Assembly (NCBI RefSeq): GCF_053078305.1
Contig: NZ_CP166879.1
Reading direction: 5' to 3' (one strand)
DNA length: 64,000 nucleotides
Position numbers and translations under genes: made by a program. This document shows, piece by piece, positions 28,493 to 38,644 of this stretch. The notes beneath the pieces are model-generated. The model had not been told where the DNA came from, made no database searches, and was given only the letters and a program-made list of their open reading frames with translations. How positions within the stretch are numbered: position 1 is the first letter of the stretch; every line of letters starts with the position of its first letter.

Positions 28493-28694
28493 ATGGCTGG
28501 CTGACTGCCTGGTCCCTCCTGCGCCGGAGCCGTTCACGTTTGGGGCATCGGTCACTTACAACCTGCAACTGCTGGCGGTGATCAAGAACTGCAACGTGGA
28601 CAAGGCCAGTATTCGTCGTCTGGAGGCGCGGCGACAACATGAATTTACTGATATGGCCGGAACGCCTGCTGTTCCGGCAGGAAAGACGAAGTAA
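28323..28694 (+). CDS. o-spanin lipoprotein (Rz1-like), overlapping i-spanin in another frame
   Basis: Lipobox LIGCAG after signal peptide, Pro-rich, ATG at 28323. Confidence 0.55.
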   Translation: MKNNRTFSTARGSRALSAGRWQQCLRPLPLFLMMWLIGCAGPSVKYVPVKPVPIPAEWLADCLVPPAPEPFTFGASVTYNLQLLAVIKNCNVDKASIRRLEARRQHEFTDMAGTPAVPAGKTK

Positions 28695-28704
28695 GGAAAA
28701 AGGT

Positions 28705-28932
28705 ATGGATGATTCAGATCGTGCTCAGGCTGTGATGGAGCGGGGATCAGAACGCGCCCTTTGTAACCGGCTGACACGTAAGCGCCGGGCAGTGGATGCT
28801 CCGGGCAGACGTGTCTGCGCAGACTGTGGCGGAGAGATCCCCGCCGCACGTCTTGTTGCTGTGCCGGATGCCATCCGTTGTGTGAACTGCCAGAACATCA
28901 TGGAGGCCCGTCATGTGGGTCAGCATCGTTAA
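28705..28932 (+). CDS. TraR/DksA-family C4 zinc-finger protein
   Basis: CADCGGEIPAARL...CVNCQ motif. Confidence 0.6.
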   Translation: MDDSDRAQAVMERGSERALCNRLTRKRRAVDAPGRRVCADCGGEIPAARLVAVPDAIRCVNCQNIMEARHVGQHR

Positions 28933-29221
28933 AGATTATGTTGTGCCGATCCTTTCGGCGACGGCAACCGCTGGCGGGATATTCATGGCGCTGATGCGCA
29001 AAACGTTTGTCCCCCGCGAGGCCTTTGAAAAACTCTCCGACCGCGTTGAGAAGGTGGAAACCCGCCTGTCGTCACTGCCGACAGAAGCCGAGGTCAACCG
29101 TCTGAATGTGGAAATCGTGACCCTGCGGGGTGAACTGAAAACCACGAACGCCACGCTCCGCTCTGTCTCCTATCAGAACGAACTGCTGCTGGAGCAGGCT
29201 GTAAGGAAAAAAACGCAATGA
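28913..29221 (+). CDS. hypothetical protein with TM segment and coiled coil
   Basis: 102 aa; Mu gp25-like position. Confidence 0.4.
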   Translation: MWVSIVKDYVVPILSATATAGGIFMALMRKTFVPREAFEKLSDRVEKVETRLSSLPTEAEVNRLNVEIVTLRGELKTTNATLRSVSYQNELLLEQAVRKKTQ

Positions 29222-29508
29222 GTGATTTCATTACTGAAGATCAGCGTCTGGTCATTCTGCGGTCGCTGGCAGATTACAACGGTGAACTGGGTGAATCCGT
29301 GCTCCAGGACTGTCTGGATGATTACGGCCACCGCGTGTCCCGCGACACCGTTCACACCCACATAGCCTGGCTTGCCGAGCAGGGACTGGTGCGCAAACGC
29401 GTTCTGATTAACGGTTATTTCATCGCGGAACTGACCGGTCGTGGGCAGGATGTGGCGGAAGGCCGGGCCTGCGTTCCGGGTGTGAAGAAACCACGCGCAA
29501 GGGGGTAA
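29218..29508 (+). CDS. hypothetical protein
   Basis: 96-aa ORF, operon context. Confidence 0.4.
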   Translation: MSDFITEDQRLVILRSLADYNGELGESVLQDCLDDYGHRVSRDTVHTHIAWLAEQGLVRKRVLINGYFIAELTGRGQDVAEGRACVPGVKKPRARG

Positions 29509-29510
29509 CG

Positions 29511-30092
29511 ATGGACAAGCCGACGCGTGGTCGTGTACGCAAGGTGGATTTGCTCCCCGACAGCATCCGTAAGCCGCTGCTGGAAATGCTGCGTGAAAAA
29601 CGTCTGACGCAGGTCCAGATCCGCGAGGAAATCAACCGTCTGATCCGTGAGGCGGGCCTGCCGGAAGAGCAGCAGCTTTCACCGGCGGCCATCAGCCGGG
29701 AAGCCTCCCGTAATGAGCTGATTGCCCGTAACCTGCGTGATTTACGCGAGCAGACAAAAGCCATGATGGCCGAACTGGGGGACAAGCCAACCGGTGAAAC
29801 CACAGCGCTGATTCTGGAAATGTCCCGCGCCCTGATGTACCGCCGCCTGCGTGCCGCGACCGAATCTCTGAACAGCGACAGCGACGTGGATATGCGCCTC
29901 ATCAAAGACATCCTCCTGTCAGCACAGCGTGCGGAAAGTGCCGCCGAGCGCAGCATTAAGCGTGAAAAAGAAATCCGGGCCGCATTTGCTGAAGAGATGG
30001 CAAACGCGGTCACCGACGAGCTGCGCGGCGTGGATGGCATGAGCGAGCAGATAGAATTTCGTATCAGGCAGATGCTGCTGGGTAAAGCGTAG
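29511..30092 (+). CDS. Mu gp27-like protein (putative small terminase subunit)
   Basis: 193 aa immediately upstream of large terminase. Confidence 0.55.
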   Translation: MDKPTRGRVRKVDLLPDSIRKPLLEMLREKRLTQVQIREEINRLIREAGLPEEQQLSPAAISREASRNELIARNLRDLREQTKAMMAELGDKPTGETTALILEMSRALMYRRLRAATESLNSDSDVDMRLIKDILLSAQRAESAAERSIKREKEIRAAFAEEMANAVTDELRGVDGMSEQIEFRIRQMLLGKA

Positions 30093-30102
30093 GAGGTGAA
30101 TC

Positions 30103-30351
30103 ATGGCAACAGATAACCGCTCACTGATGATCTGTGCCCATCAGAAGGCATTCAGTCTTGCAACACAGTTACCTCCTGAAACCATAAAAGTGTGTCGTGA
30201 GTTGACTGAACTCTGCATTGCCGGGGAAATCTCCCTGAAACAACTGCATTCGCTGCTGGCAGAGGCTGTCACTGATGAATTGAGCAGCGTGGACGTGATG
30301 ACTGAAGAGCTTGAGTCCCGAATCAGGGGCATTCTGACAGGTAAAGCATGA
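30103..30351 (+). CDS. hypothetical protein, paralog of gp27 C-terminal region
   Basis: AVTDELSSVDVMTEELESRIRGILTGKA parallels gp27 end AVTDELRGVDGMSEQIEFRIRQMLLGKA. Confidence 0.4.
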   Translation: MATDNRSLMICAHQKAFSLATQLPPETIKVCRELTELCIAGEISLKQLHSLLAEAVTDELSSVDVMTEELESRIRGILTGKA

Positions 30352-32015
30352 TGAGCAAAGCCAAAGAAACGTCTCCTTCACTGATGCAAATGACGCCTCC
30401 CCGCAAAATTGATCTGGCCGGTGAAAAAGCCCTGCTGGGCGTGGATGTGCCGGACAGCCTTGATTTACCCGGTGATATGCCGGTGTTTCTGGATTATCAG
30501 GCCCGCTGGTTTGAGGATGAAAGTCAGGTCTGCATCGCGGAAAAATCCCGACGCACCGGGCTGACCTGGGCGGAAGCCGGGCGTAACGTCATTACCGCCG
30601 CAAAGCCTAAGCGTCGTGGTGGCCGTAATGTGTTTTATGTGGGGTCAAAGCAGGAGATGGCGCTGGAATATATTTCTGCCTGCGCCCTGTTCTCCCGTGC
30701 CTTTAACCAGCTGGCAGATGCTGATGTGTATGAGCAGACCTTCTGGGATCGGAATAAAAAAGAAGAAATTCTGACCTACATGATCCGCTTTCCGAACAGT
30801 GGATTCAAAATTCAGGCACTGTCTTCCCGTCCGTCAAACCTGCGCGGCCTTCAGGGGGATGTGGTGATTGATGAAGCCGCGTTCCACGAGTCACTGGATG
30901 AGCTTCTCAAGGCGGCAATGGCGCTCACCATGTGGGGCGCGCGCGTGCGTATTATCTCCACGCATAACGGCGTCGATAATCTGTTTAATCAGTACATTCA
31001 GGAAGCCCGCGAGGGGCGCAAGGATTACAGCGTCCACCGCATAACCCTGGATGATGCCATTGCGGACGGGCTGTACCGTCGTATCTGTTATGTCACCGGC
31101 CGCGAATGGTCACCGGAAAGCGAGCAGAAGTGGCGTGATGATCTCTACAAAAACGCCCCGACCCGTGAGGATGCCGACGAGGAATACGGCTGTATCCCGA
31201 AAAAATCCGGCGGTGCCTATATTCCTCACGCGCTTATTGAAATGGCGATGCTCCGCGACATCCCGATTCTGACGTTTGAAGCCCCGGACGACTTCATCAG
31301 CCGTGCCGCATGGCTGCGTGAATCGGAGGTTTTAACCTGGTGTGAAGAACATTTAAAACCGCTTTTAGAGGCGTTAAATCCCCGTTCCCGCTTCAGCTTC
31401 GGGGAAGACTTTGCCCGCACCGGTGACCTCTCCTGCTTTGTGCTGCTGGAAATCACTGAATCCCTGGCAAAACGCGAGGTGTTTCGCGTGGAGCTGCGCA
31501 ACCTGCCGTATGCCCAGCAGGAGCAGGTGATGATGTACATCCTGACCCGCGTTCCGGCGCTGGTCGGTGCGGCGTTCGACGCCACCGGTAACGGCGGCTA
31601 TCTGGCCGAAGCCGCGCTGCTGGCCTTTGGCCCGGACATCATCGACTGCGTGATGTTATCGCCGAAGTGGTACGGCGAGTGGATGCCAAAACTGAAGGCC
31701 GAGTTTGAGGATCAGAATATCCTCGTCGCCCGCCATCAGACCACGCTTGATGATTTGCGCCATGTGAAGGTGGTGAACGGTATCCCGCAAATCGACAAGG
31801 GGCGTACGAAGGACCAGAACGCAACGGCTGTGAACGCCCGCCGCCATGGCGATTTTGCCGTGGCGCTCTGTATGGCAAACCGGGCGTCGTACATGGAGGG
31901 CTTCATCCTGGATGAATCAGCCTGTCAGGCGCTGCCGGAGCGGTCGCGGGCCATGGAGGGCGGTTATCGTGATGACGATGAGGCATATCATGAATTTGAT
32001 CGGGGGTGCTGGTAG
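30348..32015 (+). CDS. terminase large subunit (Mu gp28-like)
   Basis: 555 aa; ATPase region then nuclease region, position before portal. Confidence 0.8.
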   Translation: MMSKAKETSPSLMQMTPPRKIDLAGEKALLGVDVPDSLDLPGDMPVFLDYQARWFEDESQVCIAEKSRRTGLTWAEAGRNVITAAKPKRRGGRNVFYVGSKQEMALEYISACALFSRAFNQLADADVYEQTFWDRNKKEEILTYMIRFPNSGFKIQALSSRPSNLRGLQGDVVIDEAAFHESLDELLKAAMALTMWGARVRIISTHNGVDNLFNQYIQEAREGRKDYSVHRITLDDAIADGLYRRICYVTGREWSPESEQKWRDDLYKNAPTREDADEEYGCIPKKSGGAYIPHALIEMAMLRDIPILTFEAPDDFISRAAWLRESEVLTWCEEHLKPLLEALNPRSRFSFGEDFARTGDLSCFVLLEITESLAKREVFRVELRNLPYAQQEQVMMYILTRVPALVGAAFDATGNGGYLAEAALLAFGPDIIDCVMLSPKWYGEWMPKLKAEFEDQNILVARHQTTLDDLRHVKVVNGIPQIDKGRTKDQNATAVNARRHGDFAVALCMANRASYMEGFILDESACQALPERSRAMEGGYRDDDEAYHEFDRGCW

Positions 32016-33604
32016 TGGGACGTATAATTGATCTTGACGGAAAACCTTTCTCCTTTGACCCGGAGATGCAGAGTGCCGCGCTGGATATTCCGCAGATTGC
32101 CAGCCGTTATATTGAACATCCGGCCTCGGGTATCACCCCGAACCGGGCGGCGCAGTGCCTTCGCGGGGCTGAACGTGGCGATCTGATTGCCCAGTCCGAT
32201 CTGGCCGCTGACATTGAAGAAAAGGATACCCACCTTTTTGCAGAGCTGGGCAAGCGACGTCTTGCCATTCAGGGGGTGCCATGGAGTATTGAGCCGCCAC
32301 CGAACGCCAGCGCGAATGAGAAAAAGGACGCGGAAATGCTCGACGAATATCTGCATTCCGCCGACTGGTTTGATGCCATGCTGTTTGATGCCACCGATGC
32401 CATCCTGAAGGGCTATTCCTGCATGGAGATTGAGCACGGGATGCTCGGTAAAATGCACATCATCCGCGCCATCCGCTGGCGTGACAGCGGGCATTTCTGC
32501 CTTAACCCGGATGATTTGAGCGAACTGCGGCTGCGTGACGGCAGCCATGCCGGGGTGGCGTTTCAGCCCTTTGGCTGGATAGTGCATCAGTCGCGTTCAC
32601 GCACTGGCTACGGTGGTGCGACGGGGCTTGTCAGAACGCTTATCTGGCCGTTCATTTTCAAAAACTATTCCGTGCGCGATCTGGCTGAATTTCTGGAGGT
32701 GTACGGCCTGCCGATGAAGGTCGGGAAATACCCGTCCGGGGCAACACCGGAGCAGAAAAGCGCCCTGATGCGGGCGGTGATGGATATCGGGCGACGTACA
32801 GGCGGGATCATCCCTGCCGGGATGTCGCTGGAGTTTCAGGCAGCCGCGAACGGTCAGGCCGATCCGTTTGAAACCATGATTTCGTGGGGGGAGCGTTCCA
32901 TCTCCAAAGCTATCCTCGGCGGCACGCTGACCACGGAAGCCGGAGACAAGGGCGCGCGTTCGCTGGGTGAAGTGCATAACGAGGTGCGCCGGGAAATCAG
33001 GGATTCTGATTTACGTCAGCTGGCCGCCACGCTGAACCGCGATCTGGTGTATCCGCTGTATGCCCTGAACACCGCCCACGCCATTGATATCCGTCGCCTG
33101 CCGCGTATCTGTTTCCAGACCAAAGAGCCGGGGGATATCACCAAAATCACCAGTGCGGTGATGCAGCTCAGTACGGGGATGGATATTCCAGATCCCTGGG
33201 TACGGGAGCAGACCGGTATTCCACAGCCAGCCCCCGGTGAAGCCATCTTCCGTGTCCGGCAGAGCAGTAATGAACCCGCGCAGATCAACAGGGAAACACC
33301 GCCGGAAAAACAGGAAAAGACAGAGCAGACGGCGCTGTCAGCCCGAGTGCCGGAAGCGAAAAGCAGCCCCCGTGATGAACTGGACGACATGGGGGATGCG
33401 GTGCCTGCCCGCCGGTTACAGGAGGCCATCGACCCGCTACTGGAGCCGGTCATTGATGCCATCAGAACGCGGGGGCTGGCGGATGCGCTGGCAGACCTGC
33501 CTGCCCTTTACCGTGAAATGGATGATTCCCGCCTGATGACGCTGCTCAGTGATGCCATGTTTGCTGCGGAAATGAAGGGGATGCTGGATGGCTCAGGGGA
33601 TTGA
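32006..33604 (+). CDS. portal protein (Mu gp29-like)
   Basis: 532 aa after TerL. Confidence 0.75.
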   Translation: MLVVGRIIDLDGKPFSFDPEMQSAALDIPQIASRYIEHPASGITPNRAAQCLRGAERGDLIAQSDLAADIEEKDTHLFAELGKRRLAIQGVPWSIEPPPNASANEKKDAEMLDEYLHSADWFDAMLFDATDAILKGYSCMEIEHGMLGKMHIIRAIRWRDSGHFCLNPDDLSELRLRDGSHAGVAFQPFGWIVHQSRSRTGYGGATGLVRTLIWPFIFKNYSVRDLAEFLEVYGLPMKVGKYPSGATPEQKSALMRAVMDIGRRTGGIIPAGMSLEFQAAANGQADPFETMISWGERSISKAILGGTLTTEAGDKGARSLGEVHNEVRREIRDSDLRQLAATLNRDLVYPLYALNTAHAIDIRRLPRICFQTKEPGDITKITSAVMQLSTGMDIPDPWVREQTGIPQPAPGEAIFRVRQSSNEPAQINRETPPEKQEKTEQTALSARVPEAKSSPRDELDDMGDAVPARRLQEAIDPLLEPVIDAIRTRGLADALADLPALYREMDDSRLMTLLSDAMFAAEMKGMLDGSGD

Positions 33605-34913
33605 TTTAGGTTATGCCGCCACGCTTCCCTCAAAAGAGGCGGTGGCATACTTCCGCGCCAAAGGGGCGCATATCAGCTGGAACTGGTTCGAAACAGACGC
33701 GGATGTTCATGCCCGTTCATTCACGGCGGCAAAAGTGGCACGCCTGGACGTACTGACCACACTACAGGCGGAAGTGCAGCGTGCTGTTGATGAGGGGATT
33801 TCACAGAAAGCATTTATCCGCACACTGACACCCCGCCTGCAAAAGCTGGGATGGTGGGGAAAGCAGATTGTGGTGGACAGTGCCGGTAACGCGGAAGAAG
33901 TGCAGCTGGGCAGCCCCCGCCGTCTGGCGCTGATTTACAACGTGAACACCCGCGTGGCTTACAATGCCGGGCGTTACACGCAGATGATGAACAACACGGA
34001 CACGCATCCGTTCTGGCAGTATGTAGCGGTGATGGACAGCCGCACCCGCCCGGCGCATTCCGCCCTTAACGGGCTGGTATTCCGCTATGACGATCCGTTC
34101 TGGAATACACACTACCCACCCAATGGCTGGAACTGCCGCTGCCGTGTCCGGCCATTGTCTCAGGCCCGTCTGGATGCAATGGGGTTATCCGTTTCATCCG
34201 GTCAGGATCATCTTTCCACCCGCAATGTTGAGGCTGGCGTGGATAAGCAGACCGGAGAAGTCAGAGAAATGCCGGTGACCACATATTCAGATGGCACCAG
34301 AACCATGACACCGGATGTGGGCTGGTCATATAACCCCGGTTCGGCGGCGTTCGGCACAGACCAGGCGCTGATCCGCAAGCTGATCGAAGTGAAAAGCCCG
34401 GCGTTACGGGAAATGGTGGTTCAGGAGATGAACAACAGCCCGGAGCGGCAGCTGGCGTTCCGCATCTGGGCAAAAAACATCATGAAAACCCGGCGAGGCG
34501 GTAACGATATCCGCACGCTGGGCTTTATGACCGAAAGTATTGCGCAGGCGGTGGAAAGCCGGACGGGAACGCCACCGGCCCGCCTGCTGGCGATGAGCGG
34601 TAAAAATGTGCTCCATGCGGACAGCGTGAAACATCAGAATGACGGTATCGCCCTGACGCCGGAGGATTTCGCGCAGCTTCCCGCCATGCTGGCTTCCCCC
34701 GATGCCGTGCTGTGGGATCATGTCCATCAGAACCTGCTTTACATCACTGAAACCCGTGACGGAACGGCAAAGATTGCCGTCAATGCGCCTTATGGTGTGA
34801 AGCGCCAGCCGGATAAGCTGGATGTGGTAATTAATGCTTACCGGGTAAATAAATTTGATATTGAAAAAGCAATAGAGGGCGGAAAGCTGGAACTACTGGA
34901 AGGTAAATTGTAA
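33588..34913 (+). CDS. head morphogenesis protein, Mu F-like
   Basis: 441 aa; NGWNCRCRV motif typical of F-like minor head proteins. Confidence 0.7.
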   Translation: MAQGIDLGYAATLPSKEAVAYFRAKGAHISWNWFETDADVHARSFTAAKVARLDVLTTLQAEVQRAVDEGISQKAFIRTLTPRLQKLGWWGKQIVVDSAGNAEEVQLGSPRRLALIYNVNTRVAYNAGRYTQMMNNTDTHPFWQYVAVMDSRTRPAHSALNGLVFRYDDPFWNTHYPPNGWNCRCRVRPLSQARLDAMGLSVSSGQDHLSTRNVEAGVDKQTGEVREMPVTTYSDGTRTMTPDVGWSYNPGSAAFGTDQALIRKLIEVKSPALREMVVQEMNNSPERQLAFRIWAKNIMKTRRGGNDIRTLGFMTESIAQAVESRTGTPPARLLAMSGKNVLHADSVKHQNDGIALTPEDFAQLPAMLASPDAVLWDHVHQNLLYITETRDGTAKIAVNAPYGVKRQPDKLDVVINAYRVNKFDIEKAIEGGKLELLEGKL

Positions 34914-35031
34914 GCCGGTGACGGGGGTCGAACCCGCATAAACATATGACCCCTGAGGGTTTATGCCGCTTTACCAGTTAAGAGTACACCGGCCTGTATT
35001 TATTTTAATCAGATAGTTTTAAGGAGGCAAC

Positions 35032-35505
35032 ATGTCATCCATCGATGCAGCCGTGGTGGTGGACGTTGCGCGTCTCCAGCGGGTCTTTGCCCGGCTTCAG
35101 TTTGTGGGTGGTGGAAAAGACCTGGCCCGCAGTGTGGCGGCGAGTCTTCTGTCATCGTCAGAAATGGCGTTTGAACAGGAAAAAGAGCCGGACGGCGAAC
35201 GCTGGCATGACTGGTCAGATCCTTACCGCAAGTGGCGTACCCGTAAGGGATACATGCCCGGCAAAATCCTGACGCTGAACGGCGATCTGGCCCGACGCCT
35301 GACCACGGATTATGGCGACACCTGGGCGCTGATTGGATCAAATGAGCCTTATGCGGCCATTCATCAGTGGGGTGGCCTGCCCGGTATGCCACCGGGACCG
35401 GCGGCCATTGGTGCACGTCCGTATATGGGCTTTGATCAGGTGGCAGAGCAGGAGATCATGGACGAAATCAGAAAACGCTTTAAAAAGGCCACAGAAACGC
35501 CTTAA
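35032..35505 (+). CDS. virion morphogenesis protein (Mu G-like)
   Basis: 157 aa, position between F and protease. Confidence 0.6.
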   Translation: MSSIDAAVVVDVARLQRVFARLQFVGGGKDLARSVAASLLSSSEMAFEQEKEPDGERWHDWSDPYRKWRTRKGYMPGKILTLNGDLARRLTTDYGDTWALIGSNEPYAAIHQWGGLPGMPPGPAAIGARPYMGFDQVAEQEIMDEIRKRFKKATETP

Positions 35506-35681
35506 TTGTTTAAGGTATGCAAATGCATTACCTTACCCCCTTCAGGCGCGTGTCGTGATTTTCTAACCTGTATTTAACGGGCTTTAAAATCTGCGTGAAG
35601 CGCCTTTGTATTTTTCCCCTGGAAGCACTTCCTGAAATCCCGCAAAACCCGCCCTGAAAATTCCCGGCTTATGCTGCCGGA

Positions 35682-36806
35682 ATGAAGACGAAAAACACGC
35701 CCAAACTTGCTTATGCCATTCTGAATGCCATCAGCCTGTCCGCAGACGGGGACGGTGACTGGTGTCAGATCATGCCAGCCGGTCGGGTAAAGGCCCGTGA
35801 CGGTCGCCCGGAAAAACCGGCTGAAGGCTGGCTGATTAACCGTGCGACCGTTGAGCGCATGGTATCCCGGGTTGTGGCGCTCAATCAGCCGGTAAAAATT
35901 GACTACAACCACCAGACCCTGATTAAGGGGCATCAGGCACCGGCTGCCGGTTTTGTGATGGCCTCACCGGAGAATTTTCGCTTCAGTGAAGAGCGTGGCT
36001 TCGAGGTGCGCCCGAAGTGGAATCCTCCGGCCCTTGAACATCTGCGTAATAACGAATTCCCCTGGTTTTCACCGGTGATTGGCTATGACGAGAGCACCGG
36101 CGAACCTGTCGAACTTCGGATGCTGGCTATTACCGGTGACCCCGGTCTGACCGGCATGAATCCTGTCGCCGCGCTGTCGGCGGATGACCTTTATAACGCC
36201 TTAAACCCTCCTTTAAAGGATACCTCCATGAATGAGCAATTACGCCAGTTGCTGACGGCGCTCGGTCTGACCGTGGCTGACGGTGACGAATTTACGCCGG
36301 AGCTGGGCACGGCAGCGCTGTCTGCCCTCACCGGGATCAAAACCCGTGCGGATGCACACGACAACCTGAAAACACAGGTTGCCAGCCTGTCGGCAGAGCT
36401 GGAAACCGCAAAAGGCACACCGGCTGGCGGCAGTATTGATCTGACGAAATACGTGCCTGTTGAAACGTATAACGCCCTGCGTACCGAATACGTTGCGCTG
36501 TCGGCGCAGCACGGCAGCACCACGCTGGAGCAGGTGCTGGACAAGGCTGAATCCGAAGGGCGCATCTTCAAAAGCGAACGCGGCTATCTGGAACAACTGG
36601 GCGGGCAGATTGGCGTGGCGGCACTTTCTGCACAGCTTGACGCCCGCCAGCCGGTTGCGGCCCTGACCGGCCTTCAGACCGACACCGTGACCGTGCCGGA
36701 TAAAAAGACTGCCACCGCTGTGCTGTCGGCTGAAGATATCGCGGCCGCCAAACTGCTGGGTAAAACCGAAGCCGAGTTCCTGAAAATGAAAGAGGAAATG
36801 CAATAA
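35682..36806 (+). CDS. head protease/scaffold (Mu I/Z-like)
   Basis: 374 aa directly upstream of major head gene. Confidence 0.7.
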   Translation: MKTKNTPKLAYAILNAISLSADGDGDWCQIMPAGRVKARDGRPEKPAEGWLINRATVERMVSRVVALNQPVKIDYNHQTLIKGHQAPAAGFVMASPENFRFSEERGFEVRPKWNPPALEHLRNNEFPWFSPVIGYDESTGEPVELRMLAITGDPGLTGMNPVAALSADDLYNALNPPLKDTSMNEQLRQLLTALGLTVADGDEFTPELGTAALSALTGIKTRADAHDNLKTQVASLSAELETAKGTPAGGSIDLTKYVPVETYNALRTEYVALSAQHGSTTLEQVLDKAESEGRIFKSERGYLEQLGGQIGVAALSAQLDARQPVAALTGLQTDTVTVPDKKTATAVLSAEDIAAAKLLGKTEAEFLKMKEEMQ

Positions 36807-37753
36807 TGCCTACCCCGATTACACCGGCGATGATCACCGCCCTGATGACGGGCTACCGTTCTGATTTTCAGGCCGGGATGTCCATGGCCCCGTCGCAGTA
36901 CAAAAAAATTGCGATGACCGTGCCCTCCACATCGAAATCCAACACCTACGGCTGGCTGGGGCATGCGCCTCATTTTCGTGAGTGGATTGGTTCTCGTGTG
37001 ATCCAGAAAATGAAAGCGCACGGTTATTCCATTGTAAACAAGACCTGGGAAGATACCGTCCCTGTTAATCGTGATGATTTTGAGGACGATAATCTCGGTA
37101 TTTACTCGCCTTTATTTCAGGAGCTTGGTCGTGCCGCTGCTGTTCAGCCGGATGAGCTTGTATTTGCTGCTCTGCGTGATGGTCTGAAAAGTGCGTGTTA
37201 CGACGGTCAGAACTTCTTTGATACCGAACACCCCGTCTACCCAAATGTGGATGGTACCGGTGATGTGGCGCTGGTCAGCAACATGTTTGTGGCAAAAACC
37301 GGCTCTGTCGGTGCACAGGCAGATTACAGCGGACCGGCCTGGTATCTGCTCGACTGCTCCCGTGCAATAAAACCCATCATCTATCAGAGCCGCCGCAAGG
37401 TTGAACTGGTTGCACAGACAAAAATTGATGAAGGTCGCGCATTCACTGATAACGAGTTTGTGTTCGGTGCATCCGTTCGTCACAACGTGGGCTACGGCTT
37501 CTGGCAGATGGCCTACATGATGCAGTCACCGCTGACGCTGGATGCGCTGTGGCATGGCTGGTCCGCCATGCGTGAGTTTACCGCTGACGGTGGCCGCAAA
37601 CTCGGCATCAAACCCACCCATATTGTTGTCCCCACCTCGCTGGAAAAACAGGCGGTGCAGCTGCTGGAGCGTGAACTGTTCGCAGACGGAAACGCAACCG
37701 TCTCTAACGAGATGAAGGGCAAGCTGGAGCTGGTTGTCGCGGATTATCTGTAA
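36806..37753 (+). CDS. major head subunit (Mu T-like)
   Basis: 315 aa; position and pattern. Confidence 0.75.
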   Translation: MPTPITPAMITALMTGYRSDFQAGMSMAPSQYKKIAMTVPSTSKSNTYGWLGHAPHFREWIGSRVIQKMKAHGYSIVNKTWEDTVPVNRDDFEDDNLGIYSPLFQELGRAAAVQPDELVFAALRDGLKSACYDGQNFFDTEHPVYPNVDGTGDVALVSNMFVAKTGSVGAQADYSGPAWYLLDCSRAIKPIIYQSRRKVELVAQTKIDEGRAFTDNEFVFGASVRHNVGYGFWQMAYMMQSPLTLDALWHGWSAMREFTADGGRKLGIKPTHIVVPTSLEKQAVQLLERELFADGNATVSNEMKGKLELVVADYL

Positions 37754-37796
37754 ATGGTGAGCCGGGCTTACGGCCCGGCCCCTGCGGAGGGCAAAT

Positions 37797-38228
37797 ATGA
37801 ATGAACATCACACTGTGGCAGCAACAGATGATTCAGGTCTTCAGATCAGTGGTGACAATTCTGTCACGGTGCTGGCAGAAGTGCGTTGCAGTCGTTCGGC
37901 GTTTCGTCGTGCGGGGTTCCTGTTCACGCGTGGACGTCAGCAGGTTGAGGTCACCCCGGAGCAGCTTGCCCGACTGGAGGCGGAGCCATGCCTCACTGTG
38001 CGAATACTACAGACGTCTGCTGATGATGCGGGGAGCGTGGCGGGTGTGGTTCATGCAGTGGCCTGTACAGATTTAGCCGAAGCCGAAGCCGAAGCCGAAG
38101 CCGAAGCCGAAGCCGAAGCCGAAGCCGAAGCCGAAGCCGAAGCCGAAGCCGAAGCCGAAGCCGGACAGGATGCTCCCCGGAAAAAGACCGGTAACAAAGC
38201 GAAACAGGCGAAAAAGGCCCGCGCATGA
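37797..38228 (+). CDS. hypothetical protein with (Ala-Glu)14 repeat and basic C-terminus
   Basis: 143 aa; in-frame hexanucleotide repeat. Confidence 0.5.
   Translation: MNEHHTVAATDDSGLQISGDNSVTVLAEVRCSRSAFRRAGFLFTRGRQQVEVTPEQLARLEAEPCLTVRILQTSADDAGSVAGVVHAVACTDLAEAEAEAEAEAEAEAEAEAEAEAEAEAEAGQDAPRKKTGNKAKQAKKARA
38076..38159. repeat. perfect tandem hexanucleotide repeat (GCCGAA)14
   Basis: 14 uninterrupted units plus one imperfect unit, in frame within ORF 37797-38228. Confidence 0.9.
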
Positions 38229-38644
38229 ATTACGCCACTGAAACCGATATGCGGGCGCGTTACCGCGAGGATTTGCTCAGGCCGTTACTGGCTGTGCCCC
38301 GTTCGGATGAGCCGGACACGCGCAAGCTGAACCGGGCGCTGACAGATGCGTCAGCCCTTATCGACAGCTATCTGTCCGCCCGTTACACGCTGCCGCTGGA
38401 GGTTATTCCGGCCGTTCTTGTTCAGCACTGTTGCGCGATTGCCTTTTATTACCTGTGCGATCAGCGAGCCTCCGATCAGGCGCGTGACCGTTACCGTGAA
38501 GCGCTGGCCTGGCTGAAAGATGTCATGAACGGCAATGTGCCGGTCGGTGTGGATACGAACGGTGCGGCCCCTGAATCCGGGGATTTACCACAGGTTCTGT
38601 CTGATGCAGCGGTATTCGGGCGCAACCAGAAGGGCTTCATATGA
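38225..38644 (+). CDS. Mu gp36-like head completion protein
   Basis: 139 aa, synteny. Confidence 0.55.
   Translation: MNYATETDMRARYREDLLRPLLAVPRSDEPDTRKLNRALTDASALIDSYLSARYTLPLEVIPAVLVQHCCAIAFYYLCDQRASDQARDRYREALAWLKDVMNGNVPVGVDTNGAAPESGDLPQVLSDAAVFGRNQKGFI

Noticed and set aside
29420-30040. 206-aa minus-strand ORF opposite the gp27-like gene
   Set aside because: Antisense, Ser/Arg-rich low-complexity product.
34914-34993. Functional tRNA gene
   Set aside because: No canonical D or anticodon arm and no CCA end; kept only as a low-confidence tRNA-like finding.
38076-38159. Possible CRISPR array or coding-independent repeat
   Set aside because: Pure hexamer microsatellite with no spacers, in frame within an ORF; not a CRISPR.
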